NCBI GenBank assembly: GCA_036518215.1
Contig: DATDNP010000103.1
Coordinates: 1,803-65,802, forward strand
Origin: Candidatus Limnocylindria bacterium
GTDB taxonomy: Bacteria > Chloroflexota > Limnocylindria > P2-11E
Length of the DNA: 64,000 bases
Direction of reading: 5' to 3'
Shown here: in pieces, positions 53,132 to 61,316 of the stretch
Numbering within the stretch: the stretch's first letter is position 1
Layout of the letters: each line of letters starts with the position of its first letter
The notes under the pieces: generated by a model
What the model saw: the letters and a program-made list of their open reading frames with translations, nothing else
Database searches by the model: none
What the model was told of the DNA's origin: nothing
Translations under genes and position numbers: made by a program

Positions 53132-54331
53132 ATGCCCGAGCCCGTCCACGGGTTATCCAAGCGCGACACCCTCTCCTACGCGGCCGGAAATGTCGGGGCC
53201 GGTCTGCTCTTCGCCTTCACGAACAGCACGCTGCCCCTGTACCTCGGTCACTACGGACTCCCGAACGTCGCGATCGGATTCCTTGCGCAGGAACGGCCGC
53301 CGCACGCGGCGCTCGTGCAGATCGCGGCCGGGATGGCGTCGGATCGCACCCGGACGTCGCTCGGCCGCCGCCGCCCGTTCGTCCTCACCGCCGTCCCGGT
53401 CACCGCTCTCGCGCTCCTTGGGCTCGCGTTCCATCCGCCGCTCTGGGTGATGGTCGCCCTGCTCGTGCTCATGACCGCGGCGTTCGCGGCCGCGTACGGC
53501 CCGTACCAGGCGCTGCTCGCCGACCTCGTGCCGAGCGGCGAGCGCGGACGCGTGAACGGCGCGCTCGCGGTCGGCGGGATGATCGGACAGGTGCTCGTGC
53601 TCGTCGCCGCGAGCATGCTGTGGGAGCGCGGCGAGTGGATCGTGTTCGTCATCGTCGCCGCGGCGCTCGTGGCCGGCTTCGGCATCGTCGCCTGGCGCAT
53701 CCGCGAGCCGCGGACGCTTGCGCTCTCCGGTGCGCCGCTCCATCCGCTCCGCTGGCTGCGCGACGTCGCGAAGCAGACCCAGGTCGTGCGCTACCTCGTC
53801 GCGACGTTCTTCTTCTGGTTCGCGTTCGGCGGCCTCGCGCCCTTCCTCACGCTCTTCGGCGTCCGCGAGCTCGGCACGACCGAGGACGAAGCGGTGCGCC
53901 TCTTCCTCATCGTCGTGGTGTCGACGGTCGTCTTCGCGCTCCCCGCGGGTTGGCTCGTCGACCGGTTTGGGAAGAAGCGCATCCTCATGCTCGGGCTCGC
54001 GCTGTCGGCCTCGGCCGCGATCGTCGGATCGCAGGTGCAGACGATCCCGCAGGCCGTCGTGATGCTCGCGCTCGTCGGCGCGTCGAACGCGCTCGCGACC
54101 GTCCCGCAGCTTCCGCTCCTCACGGACCTCATCCCGAGGGAGCGCGCGGGTGAGATGACCGGCGTCGGAAGCGCGGTGTGGGAGCTGTCCCAGCCGCTCG
54201 GAGCGATCTGCGCCGGTGCGCTCGCGGACATGGCCGGCACGCTCCGCGTCTCGCTCCTCATGGCGGGCGTCGCGCTCGCGATCGGCACGCTCCTCCTCAC
54301 GCGCGTCACAGCGCCGGACACGAGCGCGTAG
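53132..54331 (+). CDS. MFS transporter, LplT (lysophospholipid transporter)-like
   Basis: Start MPEPVHGLSKRDTLSYAAGN (ATG 53132). 12-TM GPH/LplT-like MFS. Divergent from the aas-like gene with a 106-bp spacer. Confidence 0.7.
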   Translation: MPEPVHGLSKRDTLSYAAGNVGAGLLFAFTNSTLPLYLGHYGLPNVAIGFLAQERPPHAALVQIAAGMASDRTRTSLGRRRPFVLTAVPVTALALLGLAFHPPLWVMVALLVLMTAAFAAAYGPYQALLADLVPSGERGRVNGALAVGGMIGQVLVLVAASMLWERGEWIVFVIVAAALVAGFGIVAWRIREPRTLALSGAPLHPLRWLRDVAKQTQVVRYLVATFFFWFAFGGLAPFLTLFGVRELGTTEDEAVRLFLIVVVSTVVFALPAGWLVDRFGKKRILMLGLALSASAAIVGSQVQTIPQAVVMLALVGASNALATVPQLPLLTDLIPRERAGEMTGVGSAVWELSQPLGAICAGALADMAGTLRVSLLMAGVALAIGTLLLTRVTAPDTSA

Positions 54332-54404
54332 CGCGGCCACTCGGCGGCAGGGTCGAACGGCCCGTCGTGCGTCGTGCAGGGACTCTCAGCGCTGCGCGGT
54401 CCTA

Positions 54405-54420
54405 CCCGCTCGTGAGCGGG
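54405..54420 (+). terminator. Short hairpin after the MFS gene
   Basis: CCCGCTC-GT-GAGCGGG inverted repeat ~70 nt after the stop. Confidence 0.25.
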
Positions 54421-54445
54421 CCACGACGCCGCGAGCATCGAGCGC

Positions 54446-55585
54446 ATGAGCGGCACGTTCCGTATCGCGCGCATCGCGGGCATCGACATCCGCGTCCACT
54501 TCTCGTGGATCGTCATCTTCCTGCTCGTCACGTTCTCTCTCGCGAGCTCCGTGCTTCCCCAGGACTGGTCCGATGTGAAGCAGGTGGCCGTCGCGGTCGT
54601 CGCGGCGCTCCTCTTCTTCGTGTCGGTCCTCGCGCACGAGCTCGCTCACTCGCTCGTCGCGCGCCGCTTTGGGATGTCGGTGTCGTCGATCACGCTGTTC
54701 CTGCTCGGCGGCGTCGCGAACCTGAAGCAGGAGCCGCCGCGCGCGGCCGTCGAGCTGCTCATGGCGATCGCCGGTCCCCTCACGAGCTTCGCGCTGGGCG
54801 GCCTCGCGTACGTCACGCAGCTCGCCGCGGCGAACGTGCTCGACGCCCGAGCCATGGAGACCATCGCGCCGGTGACGAGCTACCTCACCGTCGTGAACAT
54901 CGCCGTCGGCCTCTTCAACCTCGTCCCGGGCTTCCCGATGGACGGCGGCCGCGTGCTCCGCGCCGTGATCTGGCGGATGCGGCGCGACCGTACCGCGGCG
55001 ACGCGCATCGCCGCACGCGGCGGCCATGTCGTCGCGCTCGGTCTGGGTCTCCTCGGGGCGTACCTCCTCGTCACCGGCGACACGTTCGGCCTCTGGTACT
55101 TCGTCATCGCGTACTTCCTCTACAACTTGGCGAGCGCATCGCTCGAGCAGGAGATGCTCGAGGCCGCGGCGGCCGGCGTTCGCGTCGCTGATGTCATGAG
55201 CACGCGTTTCGTGTCCGCCGGTCCGGACATGACCATCGACGCGGCCGTGAACGAGGTGCTCCTGCCGAGCAGGATGCGCGTCGTTCCGGTCGTCGACGGC
55301 TCGCGTCTCGTCGGTCTCGTCGCGATCCGCGGCCTTTCGCGCATCCCGCGGGAACGCTGGCCGGTGACGCGTGTCGAGGCTGTGATGACGCCCGCGGCCG
55401 GGTTGCCGGTCCTGGCGCCGGACATGCCGCTCGTGACGGCGATCGAGCGCTTCGAGGCATATCCGCTCGTCCCCGTCGCGCGGGACGACGCGCTCGTCGG
55501 CATCGTGTATCCCGAGACGGTCGTGCTCTATCTCCGCACGCGCGAGGCGCTCGGCCTCACGCGCACGGCGCCCGGGCAGATCTGA
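54446..55585 (+). CDS. Site-2 protease family (M50) zinc metalloprotease with tandem CBS domains
   Basis: HELAHSL zinc motif, NLVPGFPMDGGRV second motif, C-terminal CBS pair. Confidence 0.88.
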   Translation: MSGTFRIARIAGIDIRVHFSWIVIFLLVTFSLASSVLPQDWSDVKQVAVAVVAALLFFVSVLAHELAHSLVARRFGMSVSSITLFLLGGVANLKQEPPRAAVELLMAIAGPLTSFALGGLAYVTQLAAANVLDARAMETIAPVTSYLTVVNIAVGLFNLVPGFPMDGGRVLRAVIWRMRRDRTAATRIAARGGHVVALGLGLLGAYLLVTGDTFGLWYFVIAYFLYNLASASLEQEMLEAAAAGVRVADVMSTRFVSAGPDMTIDAAVNEVLLPSRMRVVPVVDGSRLVGLVAIRGLSRIPRERWPVTRVEAVMTPAAGLPVLAPDMPLVTAIERFEAYPLVPVARDDALVGIVYPETVVLYLRTREALGLTRTAPGQI

Positions 55586-55672
55586 CCCCGCGCCGGCTGT
55601 ACGGGAAAACCCGCGGCGTCCTGACGGCGTACCTGCTAGCCGCTCGCTCGCCGCGGTCGGCACCATGGGCAC

Positions 55673-56326
55673 ATGCGGACCTTCCGCGATCGGGCCGATG
55701 CGGGCAGGCAGCTCGCCGATCAACTGGGCGCGTACGCGTCCGATAGCCCGGTCGTGCTCGCGCTGCCGCGCGGTGGCGTCGTGACCGCGTTCGAGATCGC
55801 GCGGGCGCTGCGCGCTCCGCTCGACGTGCTCGTCGTGCGCAAGCTCGGCGCGATCGGGCAGCCCGAGTTCGGCATCGGCGCGATCGCGCCCGACGACGTG
55901 CGCATCATCGATCGCTCGTCGGCACGGCTCGCGGGCATGGACGAGGCCGACGTGCGCGCCGTCATCGAGCGCGAGAAGCGCGAGCTCGCGCGCCGCGAAG
56001 AGCGGTATCGCGCCGGCCGCGAGCCGCTCGACGTTCGGGGCAAGACCGTCATCCTCGTCGACGACGGCGTCGCGACCGGCGTCACGGTGCGCGCGGCGAT
56101 CGCGTACCTGCGCACGCGCGGCGTCGGACGCATCGTCCTCGCGGTCGGCGTGATCCCGCCGCAGACCGCGGACGTCCTTCGTGGCGAGGTCGACGACCTC
56201 GTCTACGTCCTCATGCCCGAGGACCTCGTCGCCGTCGGGCTCTACTTCGACGACTTCGCGCCCGTCGAGGACGAAGCGGTCGTGGCGCTCCTCGACGCGG
56301 CGTCGATGACGCCCGTCGCGCGATGA
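55673..56326 (+). CDS. Phosphoribosyltransferase family protein
   Basis: VILVDDGVATGVT PRPP-binding motif. Confidence 0.85.
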   Translation: MRTFRDRADAGRQLADQLGAYASDSPVVLALPRGGVVTAFEIARALRAPLDVLVVRKLGAIGQPEFGIGAIAPDDVRIIDRSSARLAGMDEADVRAVIEREKRELARREERYRAGREPLDVRGKTVILVDDGVATGVTVRAAIAYLRTRGVGRIVLAVGVIPPQTADVLRGEVDDLVYVLMPEDLVAVGLYFDDFAPVEDEAVVALLDAASMTPVAR

Positions 56327-56991
56327 CGCTCACGCGCGCGGCGACGCTGGCGCTCGAGCTCGACATCGCGGGCGGCATCCTGTGCGGTGACCTCACCATC
56401 CCGGATGGGGCGATCGGTCTCGTGGCCTTCGCGCACGGCAGCGGCAGCTCCCGCCGTAGCCCGCGGAACCGCGAGGTCGCGGCGGCGCTCGTGCGACATG
56501 GGCTCGCGACGTTCCTCGTCGATCTCCTCACCGCGGACGAGGGCGAGCGCGACGAGGTCACCGCCGAACTCCGCTTCGATATCCCGCTCCTCGGCGAGCG
56601 CATGGTGAGCGTCGTCGACACGCTCGTGCTGAGCGAGGACACCGCATCCCTGCCGATCGGCCTCTTCGGCGCCTCGACGGGAGCCGCCGCCGCGCTCATC
56701 GCGGCGGCCGGGCGTCCGCAGCACGTGCACGCCGTCGTGTCGCGTGGCGGCCGTCCCGATCTCGCCGCCGATGCGCTCCCGCGCGTCCTCTCGAAGACGC
56801 TCCTCATCGTCGGCGGCGACGACACCGCGGTCATCGACATGAACCGCGCTGCGCTCGCGCGCATGCGTCCGGGCGTCGCCGACCTCGTCGTCATTCCCGG
56901 CGCGACGCACCTCTTCGAAGAGCCGGGCGCGCTCGAGCGAGTCGCCGACCTCGCGTCGGCGCACTTCGTCGCGCATCTGCAGCGCGGCTAA
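56323..56991 (+). CDS. Dienelactone hydrolase-family alpha/beta hydrolase
   Basis: GLFGASTGAAAA nucleophile elbow. ATGA overlap with the PRTase gene. Confidence 0.85.
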   Translation: MTLTRAATLALELDIAGGILCGDLTIPDGAIGLVAFAHGSGSSRRSPRNREVAAALVRHGLATFLVDLLTADEGERDEVTAELRFDIPLLGERMVSVVDTLVLSEDTASLPIGLFGASTGAAAALIAAAGRPQHVHAVVSRGGRPDLAADALPRVLSKTLLIVGGDDTAVIDMNRAALARMRPGVADLVVIPGATHLFEEPGALERVADLASAHFVAHLQRG

Positions 56992-58628
56992 CGGAGCAGG
57001 CGCACCATCGTGAAGACCTCGCTCCCCTTCGGGTGCGGGACGTATCCCGTCACGTTGCGAGATACGGCGACGGGAACGTCGCCGTACACGAGCGGGACGG
57101 CCGGGACGCTCTTCTGGACGAGACGGGCCGCCTGCCGGTAGAGGTCGGCGCGGAGCATCGGTTCCGTCTCGGCGGCCGCATCGTGGAGGAGCTGGACCGC
57201 GTCCCGTGCGTTCACGTCGCTCCACGCTCCGTTCTGCGTCATGTTGCAGAAGAACACGCAGAGGAAGTTGTCGGGATCGCCATTGTCGCCGGTCCATCCG
57301 TACAGCCAGGCCTGGAGCTGGTTGCGCTTGAAGCGGTCGCGGTAGGACGTGAAGTCGATCGTATGGAGGACGACGGTCACTCCGATCTGGTGCAGGTCGC
57401 CCGCGATGAGCTCCGCGAGGCGGCGCGGATCGGGCATGTACGGCCGCGCGACGTCCATGAACCAGAGATCCATCTGGAATTCGGACGCGTTCGCCGCGAT
57501 CAGCAGGCGTCTCGCTGCTTCGCGGTCGTACCGTTGGAACTCCCGCACGCCGTCGTCGTAGCCGAGCATCCCGGGCACGAGGAACTGTGCGGCCGGCGCC
57601 GCGGACCCAGCGAAGACGCCATCGATGATCGCCTGCCGGTTGATCGCCATCGCGAGCGCGCGCCGCACGTCCGGATCGTCCAGCGGCGGATGCTGCGTGT
57701 TGAAGCGCAGATAGCCGATGTTGTTCGGCGCGCGCTCGAGCAGATCCACGCGCGGGTCGCCCTTCAGCACGGGGAGATCGAGCGGCGTGAAGTCACGGAT
57801 CGCATCCACCTCGCCGAAGCGCAGCGCCGCGACGCGCTCCTCGGCGAAGGGGATCGCACGTATCTGGACCCGCGGCAGATATGGCAGGCGCGTGCCGCGA
57901 TCGTCCGTGCGCCAGTAGCTCGGGTTCCGCACGAGCTCGATCTCACCGTTCGTCCAGGCGCCCGGCGTGAACATGAACGGGCCCGTGCCCGCGGCGGACC
58001 GTGACGCCGCGTTCATCCAACCTTCCGGGTCCGCCTTTACCGATGCCGGGCTCACCATGCCGAACGTGGCCATGGCGAGCGTCGGGAGGAATGGACCGAA
58101 TGGCGTTCTCGTGGTGAAGCGGACCGTGAGACGGTCGAACGCCTCCACCTTCGTGATCAGCGACGCGCTGTCGAATCCGCCCCACATCGACTGGTAGTAG
58201 TCGTAGTCGTCCGCCACGGGCTTCTTGTTCCGGTACGGGAAGTCCGTCCGGCGGGCGCGCTCGAAATTGAAGACGACAGCCTCGGAGTCGAAGTCCGTCC
58301 CGTCGTGGAACTTCACGCCGTCCCGCAGCTTCAGCGTCCACTGCCTCTTGTCGGACGACACCTGCCACGAGACGGCAAGGTTCGGACGGACCGCGAACGT
58401 CCGTTCGTCGTACGTGAGGAGCGGCTCGAAGATCTGCTGCGTGACCTGGAGCGAGTTGTCGTCGACCACGTTCCATGGATCGAGGGCGGCGGCATCGCCA
58501 CTCGTCGCGAAGGTGAAAGCACGTGACGGCGAACTATCCGGGGAGGCTTGGGGTGCGCTCTCAGGTGCGCAGGACGACACGATCGCGCCCGCGAGCGCGA
58601 GCACAAGGACGGATCGTTCCCCCAGCAT
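56988..58628 (-). CDS. ABC transporter substrate-binding lipoprotein, family 5 (peptide/nickel/opine type); no adjacent permease/ATPase
   Basis: MLGERSVLVLALAGAIVSSC lipobox. SBP_bac_5-like body (~540 aa). Confidence 0.8.
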   Translation of the reverse strand: MLGERSVLVLALAGAIVSSCAPESAPQASPDSSPSRAFTFATSGDAAALDPWNVVDDNSLQVTQQIFEPLLTYDERTFAVRPNLAVSWQVSSDKRQWTLKLRDGVKFHDGTDFDSEAVVFNFERARRTDFPYRNKKPVADDYDYYQSMWGGFDSASLITKVEAFDRLTVRFTTRTPFGPFLPTLAMATFGMVSPASVKADPEGWMNAASRSAAGTGPFMFTPGAWTNGEIELVRNPSYWRTDDRGTRLPYLPRVQIRAIPFAEERVAALRFGEVDAIRDFTPLDLPVLKGDPRVDLLERAPNNIGYLRFNTQHPPLDDPDVRRALAMAINRQAIIDGVFAGSAAPAAQFLVPGMLGYDDGVREFQRYDREAARRLLIAANASEFQMDLWFMDVARPYMPDPRRLAELIAGDLHQIGVTVVLHTIDFTSYRDRFKRNQLQAWLYGWTGDNGDPDNFLCVFFCNMTQNGAWSDVNARDAVQLLHDAAAETEPMLRADLYRQAARLVQKSVPAVPLVYGDVPVAVSRNVTGYVPHPKGSEVFTMVRLLR

Positions 58629-58666
58629 CTTGCGTCTTCCCGGGTGCGATGGTAGGAGTGACGTCG

Positions 58667-60142
58667 ATGGACGCAATGGTCGAAAGACATACCGTCCGAG
58701 GTGTTCGAGCAGCGCCGACGCTGCGTGTCGCGCGCATCTTCGTGTGGGCGATGTGGACCGTCTCCGCCTTCTTCATCGGCGTCGCCTTCCTGCTGATACT
58801 CGCGACGATCTCAGTCGACACGCCGTCGCGCGGATTCGGTTTCCGCGGCTGGGTCCCTCTCGTGGCCGCGCTCTGGGTGACGATCGGTGCGCGCATCGCT
58901 GCACGCCAGCCGCGCCTCAGCGTGGGCTGGCTCATCTTCGCCGTCGGCTGGCTCTGGTCGGTGAACGCGCTGTTCGAGGAGTACGCGACGTACGCGTACT
59001 TCCCGCAGGAGCAGGGTCTGCCGCTCGTCCCCCAGGCGGTGTGGTTCAACGCCATGGTCGGAACGGCCGTCGCGGGGCTCTCCGGCGTCGCCATCCTCGT
59101 CGTGCCGGATGGTCGCCTGCCGTCGCGCCGATGGGTCGTCCTCGAGGTCGCCATCGTCGCATTCACCTTCTTCGCGGTGGTCACGATGGCGGTCCTCCCA
59201 CGGCGTCTCGTCCCGTTCCCGTTCGAGAACCCGTTCGGCATCGAGTCGCTGCGCGCGTACGAGGCCTCTTTCCCCGCCCTGCTGCGATCGTTCGACGTCG
59301 GACGCGGCCTCGAGGTCCTCCTGCCGACGGCGGCATTGCTCCTACGGCTGCGTCGAGCCGTCGGAGCGGAGCGACAGCAGCTGAAGCTCGTCGCCGCCGC
59401 GACGTCGTTCGCGTCGGTCACCGTCTTCGTGTACGCGTTCTTCGGCGACCCGGTCGTCCAGTACGCGCAGATCCTCGGCCTGATCCTCGTACCCGCCGCC
59501 TTTGGGCTCGCGATGCGCCGCTACCGGCTCTACGAGATCGACCAGATCCTCGGGCGCACGTTCGTGCTCGGTGGCGCGACGGCCCTCCTCGCCGGCGTCT
59601 ACACGGCGAGCATCGGACTGATGCAGCGCATCTTCATCGTCCTCACCGGAGAGCGCTCCGACGCCGCCGTCGTGCTCACCACGCTGCTCGTCGCGGCGGC
59701 CTTCGCCCCCCTGCGCGATCGTCTTCAGGCAGTCGTGAAGCGGATGTTCGGGGCTGACCTTCCCGGGACGCACGGACTCGACGTGTTCACCGACGAGATC
59801 GACGCCCACCTCCGCCTCAGCGACCGCGACCGGCTGCTCTCGCAGCTTCTCGCGGAGAGCGTCGGCTCGCTCGGTTCGACCTGCGGTGTGCTGGAGATCA
59901 TGGATGAGGGTGCGGCGCACCCGACGCATGCGATCGGAGCCTGGAAGGGCGACACGCACCTCAGCGTGGATGTCATCGAGCGGGGCGAGGTGGCCGCGCG
60001 CGTCTGCCTCGGGCCGCGGGCGAACGGCGAGGGTTACGACGAGGACGCGCGGAGGCGGCTCGAGCGTGCTGCGACGGTCGTCGGACTCGCGCTCGATCGG
60101 CTCGGGCGTCCCGGCGCGTTCAGCGCGGTGAGCGGCATCTAG
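58667..60142 (+). CDS. Membrane sensor-like protein: ~8-TM N-terminal domain + cytoplasmic GAF-like C-terminal domain, no kinase/output domain
   Basis: AGGAG SD 8 nt before ATG 58667. Multi-TM region resembles N-terminal sensor modules of histidine kinases. Confidence 0.6.
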   Translation: MDAMVERHTVRGVRAAPTLRVARIFVWAMWTVSAFFIGVAFLLILATISVDTPSRGFGFRGWVPLVAALWVTIGARIAARQPRLSVGWLIFAVGWLWSVNALFEEYATYAYFPQEQGLPLVPQAVWFNAMVGTAVAGLSGVAILVVPDGRLPSRRWVVLEVAIVAFTFFAVVTMAVLPRRLVPFPFENPFGIESLRAYEASFPALLRSFDVGRGLEVLLPTAALLLRLRRAVGAERQQLKLVAAATSFASVTVFVYAFFGDPVVQYAQILGLILVPAAFGLAMRRYRLYEIDQILGRTFVLGGATALLAGVYTASIGLMQRIFIVLTGERSDAAVVLTTLLVAAAFAPLRDRLQAVVKRMFGADLPGTHGLDVFTDEIDAHLRLSDRDRLLSQLLAESVGSLGSTCGVLEIMDEGAAHPTHAIGAWKGDTHLSVDVIERGEVAARVCLGPRANGEGYDEDARRRLERAATVVGLALDRLGRPGAFSAVSGI

Positions 60143-61290
60143 CGGCGCACGAGCAGCGCGAGAAGGATGGCGCCGACGGCGCCGCACCCCGCACCCCAGC
60201 CGAACGTCGCCGCCGCGCCGATGCGGTCCCACAGACCGCCGGCGATCGCGCCGGCGACGAGCGCCGAGAGCCCGATCGCGCTGCTGTACATGCCGACGCC
60301 GGTCGCGCGAAGCTCCGCCGGCGCGAGGTCGACGGCGAGCGCCTTTCCCGCCGTGCGCAGCGCGCCGCGGTAGAGGCCGTACAAGCCGAACGCTACCGCG
60401 ACGAGAGCCCCGGTCGAGGCCACCGCGAGGAGCGCGAACGTCGCCGCGAAGACCGCGAGCGTCGCGACCATCACCGGCTTGCGTCCCCACGTGTCGGAGA
60501 GGCGGCCGGCCGGGTACGACGCCAGCGCCGCGACCAGGTTGTACCCCGCGTACACGATGAGCGTCAGCTCGGCGGGGACGCCGACGTCCGACGCGCGGAG
60601 GATGAGGAACGCGCTCGACGCGTTCCCGATGCCGAACACGACGATCGCCGCGAGGTACCGCCAGTACGCGGTGGGGAGCGCGCGTACGTCGAACCGTTCC
60701 TCGTTGACGCGTGCCGCGCGCGTCTCCGGCACCGAGGTGATGAGCGCGACCGCGACGAGGCCCGGGACGAACGCGATGAGGAAGATCGCGCGCGTCTGCA
60801 CGTGCAGCACGTAGAGCAGGAGCGCCGCGAGGAGCGGCCCGAGGACCGCGCCCATGTTGTCGCCGATCCCCTCGAGCCCGAACGCGGCGCCGCGACGCGA
60901 CTCGTCGACCGTGCTCGCGATGAGCGCGTCGCGCGGTGCCGAGCGGATCCCGGTGCCGAGCCGGTCGACGAAGCGCGAGGCGAGCACCATCGGCCATGCG
61001 GACGCGAGCCCGATGGTCGGCTTCGCGAGCGCCGCGAGCACGTACCCGACGATCGCGATCGGCTTGCTGCGGCCGATGCGATCGGCGAGCCAGCCCGAGG
61101 CGCCCTGCACGATGTTCTGGGTCGCGTCCGCGACGCCCTCGATGATGCCGACCGCGGTGCGCGGCGCGCCGAGCTCCCGCGTGAGGAAGAGCGGCAGGAT
61201 CGGGTAGAGCATCTCGGTCGACACGTCGCCGAAGAGGCTCACCAGAGCGAAGAGGTAGACGGAGCGCGGGAGGGCGGTCCGCGATGCCAC
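60139..61290 (-). CDS. MFS transporter
   Basis: 12 TM; LADRIGRSK and FVDRLGTG loop motifs. Confidence 0.85.
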   Translation of the reverse strand: MASRTALPRSVYLFALVSLFGDVSTEMLYPILPLFLTRELGAPRTAVGIIEGVADATQNIVQGASGWLADRIGRSKPIAIVGYVLAALAKPTIGLASAWPMVLASRFVDRLGTGIRSAPRDALIASTVDESRRGAAFGLEGIGDNMGAVLGPLLAALLLYVLHVQTRAIFLIAFVPGLVAVALITSVPETRAARVNEERFDVRALPTAYWRYLAAIVVFGIGNASSAFLILRASDVGVPAELTLIVYAGYNLVAALASYPAGRLSDTWGRKPVMVATLAVFAATFALLAVASTGALVAVAFGLYGLYRGALRTAGKALAVDLAPAELRATGVGMYSSAIGLSALVAGAIAGGLWDRIGAAATFGWGAGCGAVGAILLALLVRR

Positions 61291-61316
61291 GCGAGGAGCC
61301 TATGCGGGCCGCGTGC

